Shown here: piece by piece, positions 31,144 through 42,947 of the stretch
Layout of the letters: every line of letters begins with the position of its first letter
How positions within the stretch are numbered: position 1 is the first letter of the stretch
NCBI GenBank assembly: GCA_050115495.1
Contig: JASFQK010000033.1
Coordinates: 1 to 64,000, forward strand
Length of the DNA stretch: 64,000 nucleotides
Direction of reading: 5' to 3'
Source of the DNA: Phycisphaerae bacterium
Lineage (GTDB): Bacteria; Planctomycetota; Phycisphaerae; UBA1845; Fen-1342
The notes under the pieces: generated by a model
The model's database searches: none
Seen by the model: only the letters and a program-made list of their open reading frames with translations
Told to the model about the DNA's origin: nothing
Translations under genes and position numbers: made by a program

Positions 31144-31208
31144 CGCCGGAAATGGCGTTTCCAGCGTTTCCAACGGGGTGTGGCCATGAAATATCACAGA
31201 ATAAGCCG

Positions 31209-31232
31209 TTGCCCGTCACGGGCCACGGGCAA
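31209..31232. promoter_or_regulatory. Candidate enhancer (UAS) palindrome
   Basis: TTGCCCGT-N8-ACGGGCAA upstream of the -24 box. It could instead be the terminator of the regulator gene. Confidence 0.4.
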
Positions 31233-31275
31233 TCCGTTACATCGGGTTTGGCTGATGGTACTGGTTTGGGAGCGG

Positions 31276-32838
31276 TTACGGGCCCGGCCGGAACTTCTGC
31301 CAGTCGATCCCGAGCCGGCGCATCCGCGACCGGAGCGTGTGCGGGTTCACGTCCAGCACGTTCGCCGTCCCGCGCGGACCCTCGATTCGGCCCTGCGTGG
31401 CGGCGAGGACGCGCTCGATGTGTTCTCGGACCACATCGTCCAGGCGGGAGGATTGGGGCGTGCGGTTGCCGGGATCGGTTCCGGCGTCTCCCCGCCCGTT
31501 CGCCATCGCCGGCCCCAGCGGCATGCCCAAACCCTTGGCGACCTCCAGCCGGCGGCCACGGCCGAGGATCACCGCCCGGTCGATCACCGCCGCCAGCTCC
31601 CGGGCGTTCCCTGGCCACGCGTATCCAAGCAGCAGCCGCAGGTCCTCCGGCGAGACCTGTTGGGCCCGATAACCAAACCGCCGAGCTGAACGCTGGGCGA
31701 AGTGATTCGCCATCTGCGGGATGTCCTCCGGGCGGGCCCGCAGGGGCGGCAGCTCGATCGGAAAGACCGCGATGCGGTACCACAGGTCTTGCCGAAACCG
31801 CCCGTCGGCCACCTTGCCCTGGAGATCGGGGTGCGTGGCGGCGACGACCCGGACGTCGACGGTCAGGCTCCGCTGGCCGCCGACGCGCTCGAACGTCCCG
31901 TCCTGAAGCACGCGCAGCAGGCGAACCTGCGCGCCGGGCGACAATTCGCCCACCTCGTCGAGGAAGAGCGAGCCGCCATGAGCCCGCTCGAACCACCCCT
32001 CGCGCAGCGACGTCGCCCCGGTGAAGCTCCCCTTTTCGTGGCCGAACAGCTCCGAGTCGATCAGCTCCGACGGAATGGCCCCGCAGTTTACCCGCAGGAA
32101 CGGCCCGTCCCGGCGGGGCGAGCGTTGGTGTATCGCTCGGGCAATGACCTCTTTGCCGGAGCCGGTTTCGCCGAGGATGAGCACCGGCAGGTCGGACGGC
32201 GCGACGAGGTCGACGCGTTCCATGACGGTCTTCAGCCCCGACTCGGCCCCGACGATCGCGTCGACGATCGCGTCCCGCCCCAGTCGGCGGAGCAGTGACA
32301 CCTTGTCGGCCTCCGCCGCATCGCGCAGCGCGGAAATCTCCGCCACGCGCTCGTCGTTCTCCAGCGCTACGGTGAGCGGCTCACGCAGCGCCCGGGCGAG
32401 GATCTCGTGTTCGGCGTCGAAGGCTCCGGCCCGCTCGGCGACCGCGAGAAACGCTCCGTGCACGCCGGCCTGATCGGCCAGCGGGACGGCGAGCAGATCA
32501 CCGCCGCCGGTGCCGTGCAGCAAGCCGAGCATGTGGCGGTCGACGATCGGGCTGCTGGCCCGCAGGACCGAGTCTGACCGGCCCCAGGCGAGGAGGTCTT
32601 CGAGCTCCTTCTCGGCGAGCTCATGCTGGCGGGGCAGAGCGGTGGCCACGGCTGGCGTGCGGCTGACGGCGATGGCGTCCAGCCGCCGATGGCTGAGCTC
32701 GATGCGCAATACGCCGAGAGCATCCGCCGGCAGCCGCTCCCAGAGCAGGGGGGCAATGAGCGGCACGGATTCCTCGACGCGCACGTGGCAGGAGACCTGC
32801 CGCCAGACCTTCAGCAGCAATTCCGAGAAGCGTTCCAT
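31276..32838 (-). CDS. Sigma54-dependent enhancer-binding protein (GAF-like N-terminus, AAA+, HTH)
   Basis: [37 protein letters not shown] and a C-terminal HTH. Confidence 0.93.
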   Translation of the reverse strand: MERFSELLLKVWRQVSCHVRVEESVPLIAPLLWERLPADALGVLRIELSHRRLDAIAVSRTPAVATALPRQHELAEKELEDLLAWGRSDSVLRASSPIVDRHMLGLLHGTGGGDLLAVPLADQAGVHGAFLAVAERAGAFDAEHEILARALREPLTVALENDERVAEISALRDAAEADKVSLLRRLGRDAIVDAIVGAESGLKTVMERVDLVAPSDLPVLILGETGSGKEVIARAIHQRSPRRDGPFLRVNCGAIPSELIDSELFGHEKGSFTGATSLREGWFERAHGGSLFLDEVGELSPGAQVRLLRVLQDGTFERVGGQRSLTVDVRVVAATHPDLQGKVADGRFRQDLWYRIAVFPIELPPLRARPEDIPQMANHFAQRSARRFGYRAQQVSPEDLRLLLGYAWPGNARELAAVIDRAVILGRGRRLEVAKGLGMPLGPAMANGRGDAGTDPGNRTPQSSRLDDVVREHIERVLAATQGRIEGPRGTANVLDVNPHTLRSRMRRLGIDWQKFRPGP

Positions 32839-32905
32839 AGGCAGTCTCGCGCGACGTGCCGGCTTGCCGGCGCGGCGCTGCCCCGGCCGCCCCCGGGGTA
32901 TGGGT

Positions 32906-34177
32906 CTATTCGTGCCGCAGGGCCTCGATCGGGTCCAGGTTGGCGGCGTGCCGCGCTGGGTACAGCCCGAAGACGATGCCTACGCTCATGCTGATGCCCA
33001 CGGCCAGGACGAGGCTCTGTCCGGTCACCACCGTGGGCATGTCCGCCACGCGCGTGATGACCCATGGAATCAGCAGGCCGATCGTTACGCCGATCAGACC
33101 GCCCGCCGTCGAGAGCACGACCGTCTCGATCAGGAACTGGCCGATGATCTGCCGGCGGCGGGCCCCGATCGCCCGGCGGATGCCGATCTCCCGCGTCCGC
33201 TCGGTGACCGAGGCCAGCATGATGTTCATGATGCCGATGCCGCCGACGAGCAGACTGATGCCGGCGATCGAGCCGAGCACGATGTTGAAGCGCCGCTTGG
33301 TGGCCTCCGCCTCGCGCAGCAGGGCCAGCGGCACGCTGATGCGGTAGTCGCCCTTGGGATGGTAGCGGCTCAGCATGCGCTCCAGCCCGGCGGCCACGGC
33401 CTCGACGTGGTTGATGTTGTCGATCTGCACGATGAGCTGATGCAGCTCGACCGACTCCCGCACCATCGAACCCGACGTCACCTCAGTGCGGAAGTCGCCG
33501 TAGCGCTCGCGGGCCACCTCGATCGGGATATACGCGTCGATTTCCTGGTCCGGCGTCTGGATCGAGCCGCCCTGCGCCGACTCGCTCTGGACGATGCCGA
33601 CGACTTCGTAGTACGCGCTGCCGATGCGCAGGCTTTGTCCGATGGTCCGCTCGGTGGCCAGCAGCCGGCGGGCCCCGTACTCCGTCAGCACGACCGCCCC
33701 GCCTCGGCGTTGCCCATCGCGGTCGTTGTGCGTGCGCCCGGCGATCAGCTTGCGCTGCACCAGGTCGAACCAGTCCGCAGACGTGCCCAGCACGCGCAAG
33801 TCCATCGTCCGCTCGCCCAGCCGCCCCTCGCGGCGCACGATCTTCACCGGGACCGTCCGCTCGATGGCTGAGAACGTCTGCCGCGCCCGCCGCTCGTCAT
33901 CGTAGTGCAGGCCGTACATGAGCACGCTGAACGGCGAGCGCGTTCCCGTGTTCTCCTCCTCGGCCGGCTTCATCGACGTGACGATGATGTTCGTGCTGCC
34001 CAGCTTGCGGATCTGCGTCAGGGCCTCCTGGCTGGCGCCCTCGCCCACGGCCAGCATGGCCACCACGCTGCCCACGCCGAACACCACGCCCAGCATGGTC
34101 AGCAGCGAGCGCAGCTTGTGCAGCATCAGCGTCTTGACGCCCAGGCGCACGTTTCGCAGGAGCTTCGCCGGTCTCAT
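32906..34177 (-). CDS. MacB/FtsX-like ABC permease
   Basis: RSLLTMLG, SLLVGGIGIMNIMLASVTERTREIGIRRAIGA, YPA..AA.LDPIEALR. Confidence 0.93.
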   Translation of the reverse strand: MRPAKLLRNVRLGVKTLMLHKLRSLLTMLGVVFGVGSVVAMLAVGEGASQEALTQIRKLGSTNIIVTSMKPAEEENTGTRSPFSVLMYGLHYDDERRARQTFSAIERTVPVKIVRREGRLGERTMDLRVLGTSADWFDLVQRKLIAGRTHNDRDGQRRGGAVVLTEYGARRLLATERTIGQSLRIGSAYYEVVGIVQSESAQGGSIQTPDQEIDAYIPIEVARERYGDFRTEVTSGSMVRESVELHQLIVQIDNINHVEAVAAGLERMLSRYHPKGDYRISVPLALLREAEATKRRFNIVLGSIAGISLLVGGIGIMNIMLASVTERTREIGIRRAIGARRRQIIGQFLIETVVLSTAGGLIGVTIGLLIPWVITRVADMPTVVTGQSLVLAVGISMSVGIVFGLYPARHAANLDPIEALRHE

Positions 34178-34908
34178 GCTGCGCTTCCGTCTATGCGGTC
34201 GATCAGTCCGTCACGCATGTGCAGGCGGTGGCCGGCGTACTCCGCCAGGTCCGGCTCGTGCGTGACCATGATGATCGTCTTGCCCTGGGCGTTCAGCTCG
34301 CAGAGCAGGCCCATGATCTGTTCACTGGTGGCCGAATCCAGATTGCCGGTCGGCTCGTCCGCCAGCAGGAGCGATGGATCAGCCGCCAGGGCCCGGGCCA
34401 CGGCCACGCGCTGCTGCTCGCCGCCGGAGAGCTCGGAGGGCCGGTGCCCCAGCCGGCCGGCGAGCCCGACGCGTTCGGCCATTTCCGCCGCCCGGGCCGC
34501 GCTGCGCTCGGTATCCCAGTCGAGGTAGTACAGCGGCAATTCGATGTTCTCGCTCACGGTGAGCTGCGGGATCAGGTTGAAGCTCTGGAACACGAAGCCC
34601 AGGTAGCGCAGGCGCAGCCGGCTGAGCTCGTCGTCGTTGAGGTCGGCGACATTTTGTCCGACGAGCAGGTAGCGGCCGGTGGTCGGCCGGTCGAGGCAGC
34701 CCAGGAGGTTGAGCATCGTGCTCTTGCCCGAGCCGCTGGGCCCCATGATCGCCCAGAACGTGCCGGAGGCAAAGGAGAGGCTCACGCCGGCCAGGGCCCG
34801 TACCTCGGTCGCCCCCATCGGGTAGACTTTGGTGACGTTATCGAGCAGCGCCACGGCGTCCGAGGCCGTCGCTTCGCGCATTGGTTTCGTACTGACCGAC
34901 GGCTTCAC
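34174..34908 (-). CDS. MacB/LolD-like ABC ATPase
   Basis: GPSGSGKST, LSGGEQQRVA, LADEPTGNLD. Confidence 0.93.
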   Translation of the reverse strand: MKPSVSTKPMREATASDAVALLDNVTKVYPMGATEVRALAGVSLSFASGTFWAIMGPSGSGKSTMLNLLGCLDRPTTGRYLLVGQNVADLNDDELSRLRLRYLGFVFQSFNLIPQLTVSENIELPLYYLDWDTERSAARAAEMAERVGLAGRLGHRPSELSGGEQQRVAVARALAADPSLLLADEPTGNLDSATSEQIMGLLCELNAQGKTIIMVTHEPDLAEYAGHRLHMRDGLIDRIDGSAA

Positions 34909-34910
34909 TG

Positions 34911-36860
34911 CTACTCCCCGCCTCCCGGTCTGTCTCCCGCCGGCCGCTCGCCGCCGCGGGGGCCGCTCGGCTGGCTCGTCGGTGGGCCGCCTTCGCCGCC
35001 CCGTTCGCGGCCTGATCCGCCGCCCGGTCCACGCATGCCACCGCGTTCGGAGCCGCCACCCTGGCCCGGGCCACCACCCTGACCCATTCCGCCGCCGCGC
35101 TGGCGCATCTTCTCCATGAACGCCTCACGCTCTTCGGGCGTCATCTTCTCGAATCGCTCGCGCATGCGCGCCCGGCGATCATCGTCGGAGGCTTGGTCCT
35201 GGCCGCCCGCTCCCGGTCCCTGCGGTCCGGCGCCGGCCGCGGCTCCCGGCCCGCTCGGGCCGCCGCTCATGGCCGCCCCCGGTCCCGCCCCGCCGGTTGC
35301 ACCCGTCGGTGTGCCCGTCGGCGCGCCCGTCGGCGTCGTCGGCGTCATCTCCAGCGGCTCCTGCGCCACATCGACATGGGCTTCCAGCGGTGGCGTCAGC
35401 AGGACTTCCTGGCCGGGCTCCAGGCCGGAGATGACGTGCACCATCGAATTGTTGTCCAGGCCGATCTGGATCGGGTGCGGCTTGAATTCGCTGCCCGACC
35501 GCACGTACACCGTCGGCTGCAGACCGATCCTGGTGACGGCCTGCACAGGAACGCGGAGGGCGTCGGCGTGCTGCTCGACGACGATCTCGGCCTCGCAGCT
35601 CATGCCCGTGCGCAGCTCCGGGTGGCTGCCGTCGAGGTGGATCTCGGTCGCGTACACCTTCAGATCGGGGTTCATCCACGCAGCCTGCGCGTCCGGCAGC
35701 GGGGCGATCTTGGCCACGCGGCCGGTGAAGGCCTGATCGGGCAAGGCGTCAACTTTGATGCGCACCGGCTGCCCGACGCGCACCTTGTCGAGGCTCGATT
35801 CGTGGATCTGAATCTCGGCCATCATCGACTCGGCCGACGGCAGGTAGATCAGCTCTTCGCGCTCACGGACCGCCTGCCCCTCCTGGAGCGGCTCGCGGCT
35901 CCAGCGGCGCCCGCCGGTCTGTACCGAGGTGGCGTAGACCACCAGGCCGGAGCGCGGGGCGTAGATCTTGGTCTTGGCGAGTTGGCTCTGCGTCTTCTCG
36001 AACTTCGAGCGCTGCTGGCGCAGCTCGGTCTCGCGGGCCTTCAGGGAGGCCTCGGCCTGCACGATGTTGGCGTTGGCCTGGAGCTTCACCCGCTCGAGCG
36101 CCATCGCCGTCTGCTCGATGTTGCTTTGCAGCTCGGCCGTCTTGCGTTTCGACGTGTAATCATTGAGCAGCGCCAGCGAGGCGACGGCGAGATCGTGATT
36201 GAGTTCCGACCGCTTGAAGGTCAATTCGTCCGCCTTGTACTCCGTTTGCGAGATGTACTTCTCTTGGTAGAGGCGCTCAGACCACTTCAGCTTGTCGGCG
36301 TTCCGCTCCATCTCTTCCTTGGCCAGCGTGATGTTGGCTTCGGCCTCCTTCACTTCCTTCGGAAGCTGGCCGTCGAGATACTGCGTGAGGTCCTCCTCGG
36401 CGAACTGGTGATCGAGCTCGGCCTTGGAGATGTCGCTCTCGGCCTGGTTCTTCGTCACGGCCAGATTCTCGCGGGCGGTGACGAAGCTGGCGTCGGCGCT
36501 GTCCACCGAGATCTGCTGCTGGGTCAGCGAGTCCTGCAATGAACTCCCGTCGAGCTCGGCCAGCAGGGTCCCCTCCTCCACGCGCGTGCCTTCGGGGATG
36601 AGGTAGATCAGGGTGGCCTGACCCTCGACCTCGCTCTTCAGGGCCACCTGCTCGAGCGACTTGATCGTGCCCGACTCGGTGACGCTGATGGTCAGCGGCC
36701 CTTTCTGTACGCGGTACGTGGGCTGCGTGCCCGTACCGGTGCTCGCGCCCACCGTCCGCGTCCACGCGTACGTGCCCAGCGCCCCCACCACCAGGACCAC
36801 GGCCACCGCCAGGGGCCAGCGGCCCAGCCACGTCCCCTTCTGCTCTTTGCCGGCTTTCAT
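34911..36860 (-). CDS. Periplasmic adaptor (MacA/HlyD-like) with long coiled coil and Gly-rich tail
   Basis: N-terminal TM, lipoyl halves (LIPEGTRVEEG; IYAPRSGLV) and beta-barrel (LRTGMSC). Confidence 0.88.
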   Translation of the reverse strand: MKAGKEQKGTWLGRWPLAVAVVLVVGALGTYAWTRTVGASTGTGTQPTYRVQKGPLTISVTESGTIKSLEQVALKSEVEGQATLIYLIPEGTRVEEGTLLAELDGSSLQDSLTQQQISVDSADASFVTARENLAVTKNQAESDISKAELDHQFAEEDLTQYLDGQLPKEVKEAEANITLAKEEMERNADKLKWSERLYQEKYISQTEYKADELTFKRSELNHDLAVASLALLNDYTSKRKTAELQSNIEQTAMALERVKLQANANIVQAEASLKARETELRQQRSKFEKTQSQLAKTKIYAPRSGLVVYATSVQTGGRRWSREPLQEGQAVREREELIYLPSAESMMAEIQIHESSLDKVRVGQPVRIKVDALPDQAFTGRVAKIAPLPDAQAAWMNPDLKVYATEIHLDGSHPELRTGMSCEAEIVVEQHADALRVPVQAVTRIGLQPTVYVRSGSEFKPHPIQIGLDNNSMVHVISGLEPGQEVLLTPPLEAHVDVAQEPLEMTPTTPTGAPTGTPTGATGGAGPGAAMSGGPSGPGAAAGAGPQGPGAGGQDQASDDDRRARMRERFEKMTPEEREAFMEKMRQRGGGMGQGGGPGQGGGSERGGMRGPGGGSGRERGGEGGPPTSQPSGPRGGERPAGDRPGGGE

Positions 36861-36861
36861 C

Positions 36862-38787
36862 TCAATCCGTCCCTTCTTCGGGAACGTACTCACGCCACAG
36901 TCCACGTTCGTCGACCTCGAGCAGGCCCAGGTCCCGCTGCAGGGCCAACTCGTTCACCCGGTAGTTCACGTGCGCCGACGTCAGCGAGTTCTTCGCCGTC
37001 ACCAGCGCGTCCTGCGCCTCCAGCAGGTCGCGGATCTCCGCCCGCCCCGCCTCCAGGAGCAAACCCGCACTGGCCACGCGGCGCTCGGCGACCTTCACCG
37101 CGTCCACCTGAATCTTGACGGTCTCGCGGGCCTCCAGCAGCCGGCTCAGACCGTTCCGCACGTCGAGCTTGATCTGATCTTCCAGCGCCTGCACGTCGCG
37201 CACCGTCTGCTCCAGGCGGATCAGCGATCGGCGATACGCGTTCCGCTCCGCCGTCCGTTCCAGCGGCAGGTCGATCGTCAGCAGCGCCGAGTAGTGCCCC
37301 TCGTCCGGCCGCAGAATCGCATCGTCCTGCCCCGCCGAACCGACCGACCGCCCCGAGCCCGCCGACGCGTTGCCGAGGATGGTGATCTCGGTTCGCAACT
37401 GGTCCGCGGCGATGGCGACGGCTCGCTGGGCGTCCTGCACGCGGCCCACGGCCACCCGCAGGTCGCCGCGATGCTTGAGCGCCGCCTGGATTGCCACCGA
37501 CTCCTCAATTTCGTAGCGGCCGCCCTTACGCTCCGGCTCGACCAGAACGATCTCGGCATCGGCCGGCGGCGACTCGGCGGCGGGCTCGGCAGTGGCGGCG
37601 GTGGCGGCCTCTTCCTCCACGGGCAACAGCTTCTGCACCGCGTCCTGCGCCGTACGCAGCTCGCTCGGATCGAGCACCACGTGGGCGTCCGTTGACAGAC
37701 CCAGCCGCACCTTGAAGCTGTCCAGTTGGCGCTCGTACGCCAGGCGAGTGGAGATCCACTGGTTGCGGGCCCGCAGCTCGTCCTGACGCGACTGGTCGAC
37801 CTGAATCTCCGGTAACTCCCCGGCATCCGCCAGCCGCCGGGCCCGCCGCGTCGAAGCGATCAGCCGCCGGTAGTTGTCCTCGGCGATGCCCACCGAGTCG
37901 AGCTGGCGCAGCACGGAGAGGTACTCGCTGGCGATATCGACCGCGAAGTCGCGCTTGTACTGCTCGAAGTCGTAGATGGCGTAGGCCACGTCGCGCTCGG
38001 CCTGCGTCAGCGGCTCGCCCACGATGAACTCGCCCGCCCCGCGCAGCAGCGGCAACGTCGCGCTGCCGTCGGCGTAGATGCCGCGCGAGAACAACCGGTC
38101 CTGCGTCAGCATCGACACGAGGTCGAGCGTGATCGCCCCGGTGAAGGACATGCCGTTGGCCAGCCGCTTGGAAATGCCGAGCGTGCCACCGTACTCCATG
38201 CCGCGCACGGCCTGGCGGTCGGTGTTGCCTTCATCGTCGATCGTGACGGTCTGTTCCAGTTGCGTGTCGAACAGCGTCCGGGCCTGTCCATCCCAAGTGA
38301 AGCGGAAGGCGTCCCGCTCCAGGTCGAGGGCCAGCGCCGTCTCGAAGACCTGTTCCTTGCGCGCCTGGAACTCCCGGCTTTCATGGGCCGCCACTTGCAG
38401 GGCGTCGACCAGCGTCAGCGTGAGCGCGGCCGTGGTGTCCCACCCCTCGGCGTACGCGGGCTGGGTCTCCGGCTTGGCCAGGTAGTCGGCATCGGGCCAC
38501 TGCTTGATCGGCTCGAGGTCGCCGGCGCCCAGCGACGCCGACGAGGCGTGCGGCAGCTCCTGGTCCAGCATCAGCCGCCGTCGCAGCGTTTCGGCCGGCG
38601 TCTCGATGGTGAACGGCTCGGTCCGTCCCAGCGTGCTTTGCTGCGCCTTGGACACGATGTCGTACGCCACGCGGTCCGCGTCCTGGCGGTACAGCTTTGG
38701 CGGCACGCATCCCCCGGTCCAGAGCGCCGACAACACCAATAGCCCCGCGATCCCCCCCGGGCGGGCGAGCATCAACCTGCGGATCAT
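36862..38787 (-). CDS. TolC-family outer membrane efflux lipoprotein
   Basis: WTGGC lipobox, LTLVDALQVA, EAGRAEIRDLLEAQDAL. Confidence 0.88.
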   Translation of the reverse strand: MIRRLMLARPGGIAGLLVLSALWTGGCVPPKLYRQDADRVAYDIVSKAQQSTLGRTEPFTIETPAETLRRRLMLDQELPHASSASLGAGDLEPIKQWPDADYLAKPETQPAYAEGWDTTAALTLTLVDALQVAAHESREFQARKEQVFETALALDLERDAFRFTWDGQARTLFDTQLEQTVTIDDEGNTDRQAVRGMEYGGTLGISKRLANGMSFTGAITLDLVSMLTQDRLFSRGIYADGSATLPLLRGAGEFIVGEPLTQAERDVAYAIYDFEQYKRDFAVDIASEYLSVLRQLDSVGIAEDNYRRLIASTRRARRLADAGELPEIQVDQSRQDELRARNQWISTRLAYERQLDSFKVRLGLSTDAHVVLDPSELRTAQDAVQKLLPVEEEAATAATAEPAAESPPADAEIVLVEPERKGGRYEIEESVAIQAALKHRGDLRVAVGRVQDAQRAVAIAADQLRTEITILGNASAGSGRSVGSAGQDDAILRPDEGHYSALLTIDLPLERTAERNAYRRSLIRLEQTVRDVQALEDQIKLDVRNGLSRLLEARETVKIQVDAVKVAERRVASAGLLLEAGRAEIRDLLEAQDALVTAKNSLTSAHVNYRVNELALQRDLGLLEVDERGLWREYVPEEGTD

Positions 38788-38835
38788 CGTCTGTTCCACT
38801 ACGGTTGGCCGGCGGAGATATCCGCCGGTGTACAC

Positions 38836-39027
38836 TTAGGGCAGGGCACCCGACAGCGAGTCCACCAGGGAATCCGCCATCGAAGTCAACGCGGCCGCCG
38901 CCACGTCCGTGATCAGGTCATTGGTGTCGATCGGGCAGCCGCCGCTCAGCAGCGTCACCGCGGCCAGCAGCAGCACTGCCATCACATAGCGCACTCCCCG
39001 GCGCGAATGAACCTCTCGCATCTTCAT
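38836..39027 (-). CDS. Small putative lipoprotein (63 aa)
   Basis: GAGG RBS, LLSGGC lipobox and a short amphipathic mature peptide. First gene of the exporter run. Confidence 0.55.
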   Translation of the reverse strand: MKMREVHSRRGVRYVMAVLLLAAVTLLSGGCPIDTNDLITDVAAAALTSMADSLVDSLSGALP

Positions 39028-39146
39028 TGTTCCTCGATTAGCACTCGGTCGCTCCGCACCTCAACAGGAGGTACCTCGTACCCGCTTTCGCCCGGCAAGG
39101 TATTGTACCGTTGCCGCCGGTCACCGTCACGATCGCCGCGCCGCCG

Positions 39147-40954
<1,808 letters not shown>

Positions 40955-40958
<4 letters not shown>

Positions 40959-41719
40959 CGCATTCTCCTGTCCGGCCGCTTTCGGCCGTTCTCTGTCTCC
41001 CGCTCCGCTTGCGCCGCGGCCAGCGCGCGTCTGAGACTCTCCACGATCGCCGCGTGCCGCCGCCGGCGCTGCGCCGCCGAACAGCACAGGTATCGCTGGT
41101 TCACCTCCAGCTCTATACCCACGTACCTGTCGCGCGGCAGCACCTGCCGCAGGTAGGTCGTTAGTCCGTCCGCCGCGCCGCGGTACGGATAATTCCGGCG
41201 GACGCGCAGGTCGCTCTCGCCGGCGAGCAATTCCCGCTGCCAGCACTCGCAAAACGACCGCTCCGCCGACCGCTGCGGATCATACGGCAGGCCGATCTCC
41301 GCGTTTCTCGTCCGGCCTGCCAGGCGCGGGGTGAAAGAGTGTACCGCCACGTGCACCAACATGGCGCCACGATTTACGCTTTGCCGGACGGCGGCCTCCA
41401 CCTGCTGGCGGTACGGCCGGTAATGCTCCGCCAGCAGCCGCTCGCGGGTGTCTTCGGGTAGCACGCGCGTCACCGCCGACAGCAGCGCCGGATGTCGCTC
41501 CGAGCGATTCAGGTCCACCAGCAACCGCGTCGTCGTCGCCGCGATCAGCCGGCAGCGCAGTCCCGCCGCCAGCGCCCGCGCCAGGGCCAGCGCGCCGGTG
41601 TCGTAGCCGCGATGACTGGCCAGCAGGCGGCCGTGTCCGCGGAACAGCCGGCTATAGCGAGGCGGCACGCGACGGCCGCCATGCTCGCAGGTGAGCAGTA
41701 GCTCGATCATCCCGGACAT
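40955..41719 (-). CDS. N-formylglutamate amidohydrolase family protein
   Basis: [32 protein letters not shown]. Confidence 0.88.
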
Positions 41720-42947
41720 CGAAGCAGCGTCCCTCGGCCAGACACGCACACAGATCGCGATACAGCGCCGGCAGACAGGCCGGTCCACCGTGCTGCTCGA
41801 CCGCCCGCGTCAGCCGCCTCGCCAGCGTGCCCTGCTCGAAGACGAGCTGCAGCGGCGGGTTGAACTGCGCCTTCCAGGCGTCTGGCATGGCCACGTCGTA
41901 CAGGTGCCGCCACAGATCGCCGGCCCGGCACGGCGCCGGCAGCGTATTGCCAAACACGCGCAGGTACGAACTGAACGGAATGCGGGCTTCTTCGCCACGC
42001 CGAATCGCCTCGAGGAAGACTTCCTCCAGCGGCTCGACATGCCAGGCCTTCTGCTGGTCGTACGAGATCCATTCCTCGCGGACCAGCGCTTGCAGCACGG
42101 CCACGACCAGGGCCAGGACGGCCAGGTCCGCCGCCGGGCACTCCTGCACATCGAGCAGGCGGATCTCGAACGTGTTGCGGTCGAAGCGGGCGATGGCTCC
42201 GCGGGCGTTCAGCCACTCGTGTTGCAGGACGCCCTGCGGGTCGTGCGGGGCCATCTGTGCGTACATCCGCCCGAGTAGCTCTTTCCGATAGCCCTCCATG
42301 GTGAAGATCGGCTCGGGGATGATGTGGCCGGCCACCAGCGGCAGCCGCCGCGAGTTCTTGCGATAGTGCTCCAGCCGCGTATCGAGCAGCCCAGTGAGCT
42401 GCCCGTCCGCCACCGGCGAGCTCGCCGCCAGCGCCGGCAGAATGGGTAGCACCAAGCGGATGGCCGCGTGCAGCCGGCCGAACTCGTCGTCGTCGGCGAA
42501 CGGCAGGTTCAGGTGGGCGCTTTGCAGGTTCGCCCAGCCGTGCCCGCGGCAGTTGAACACGCGGTCGAACGCTTCGTACACCGCGTTGTACTCGTGCGGC
42601 CAGAGCCGCGTCTCGGCGTCCGGGTTCATCCAGGGGTGCATCGCCGTCGGCATCAGGCATCCGCCCAGCGGCACCAGCAGCTCGTTCGCTCGCTGGACGT
42701 GCTCCTGGAACGATGCGTCCAGATCCTCCAGCGTCTGGGCCGGGCCGTTGGTCTTGAACTCGATCACGTGCAGCACGAGCTCGTTGGACCAGCTCAGCGG
42801 CCCGAGGTCCACGTCGGACGTGTCCTCCCCGCTTGCGGCGTGCAGCACGCGGTCGCAGACGGGCAGCACGCGCAGGTCCTCCCGCGAGACGATCATGTAC
42901 TCCAGCTCGACGCCGAAGCGCTCGAACAGGCCGTAGGACTCACTCAT
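41652..42947 (-). CDS. Glutamate-cysteine ligase family 2 (GCS2-like carboxylate-amine ligase)
   Basis: GVELEYMIV, NELVLHVIE, MHPWM, NARGAIARFDR..EIR.LD.QE. Confidence 0.85.
   Translation of the reverse strand: MSESYGLFERFGVELEYMIVSREDLRVLPVCDRVLHAASGEDTSDVDLGPLSWSNELVLHVIEFKTNGPAQTLEDLDASFQEHVQRANELLVPLGGCLMPTAMHPWMNPDAETRLWPHEYNAVYEAFDRVFNCRGHGWANLQSAHLNLPFADDDEFGRLHAAIRLVLPILPALAASSPVADGQLTGLLDTRLEHYRKNSRRLPLVAGHIIPEPIFTMEGYRKELLGRMYAQMAPHDPQGVLQHEWLNARGAIARFDRNTFEIRLLDVQECPAADLAVLALVVAVLQALVREEWISYDQQKAWHVEPLEEVFLEAIRRGEEARIPFSSYLRVFGNTLPAPCRAGDLWRHLYDVAMPDAWKAQFNPPLQLVFEQGTLARRLTRAVEQHGGPACLPALYRDLCACLAEGRCFDVRDDRATAHLRAWRPSRAASL

Noticed and set aside
31076..31996. Long N-terminal extension of sbp in the ORF track (likewise for scpA, typA, cysA, ridA and the second GH13)
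   Set aside because: The extensions overlap neighbouring real genes. RBS, signal peptides and family motifs support the shorter starts.
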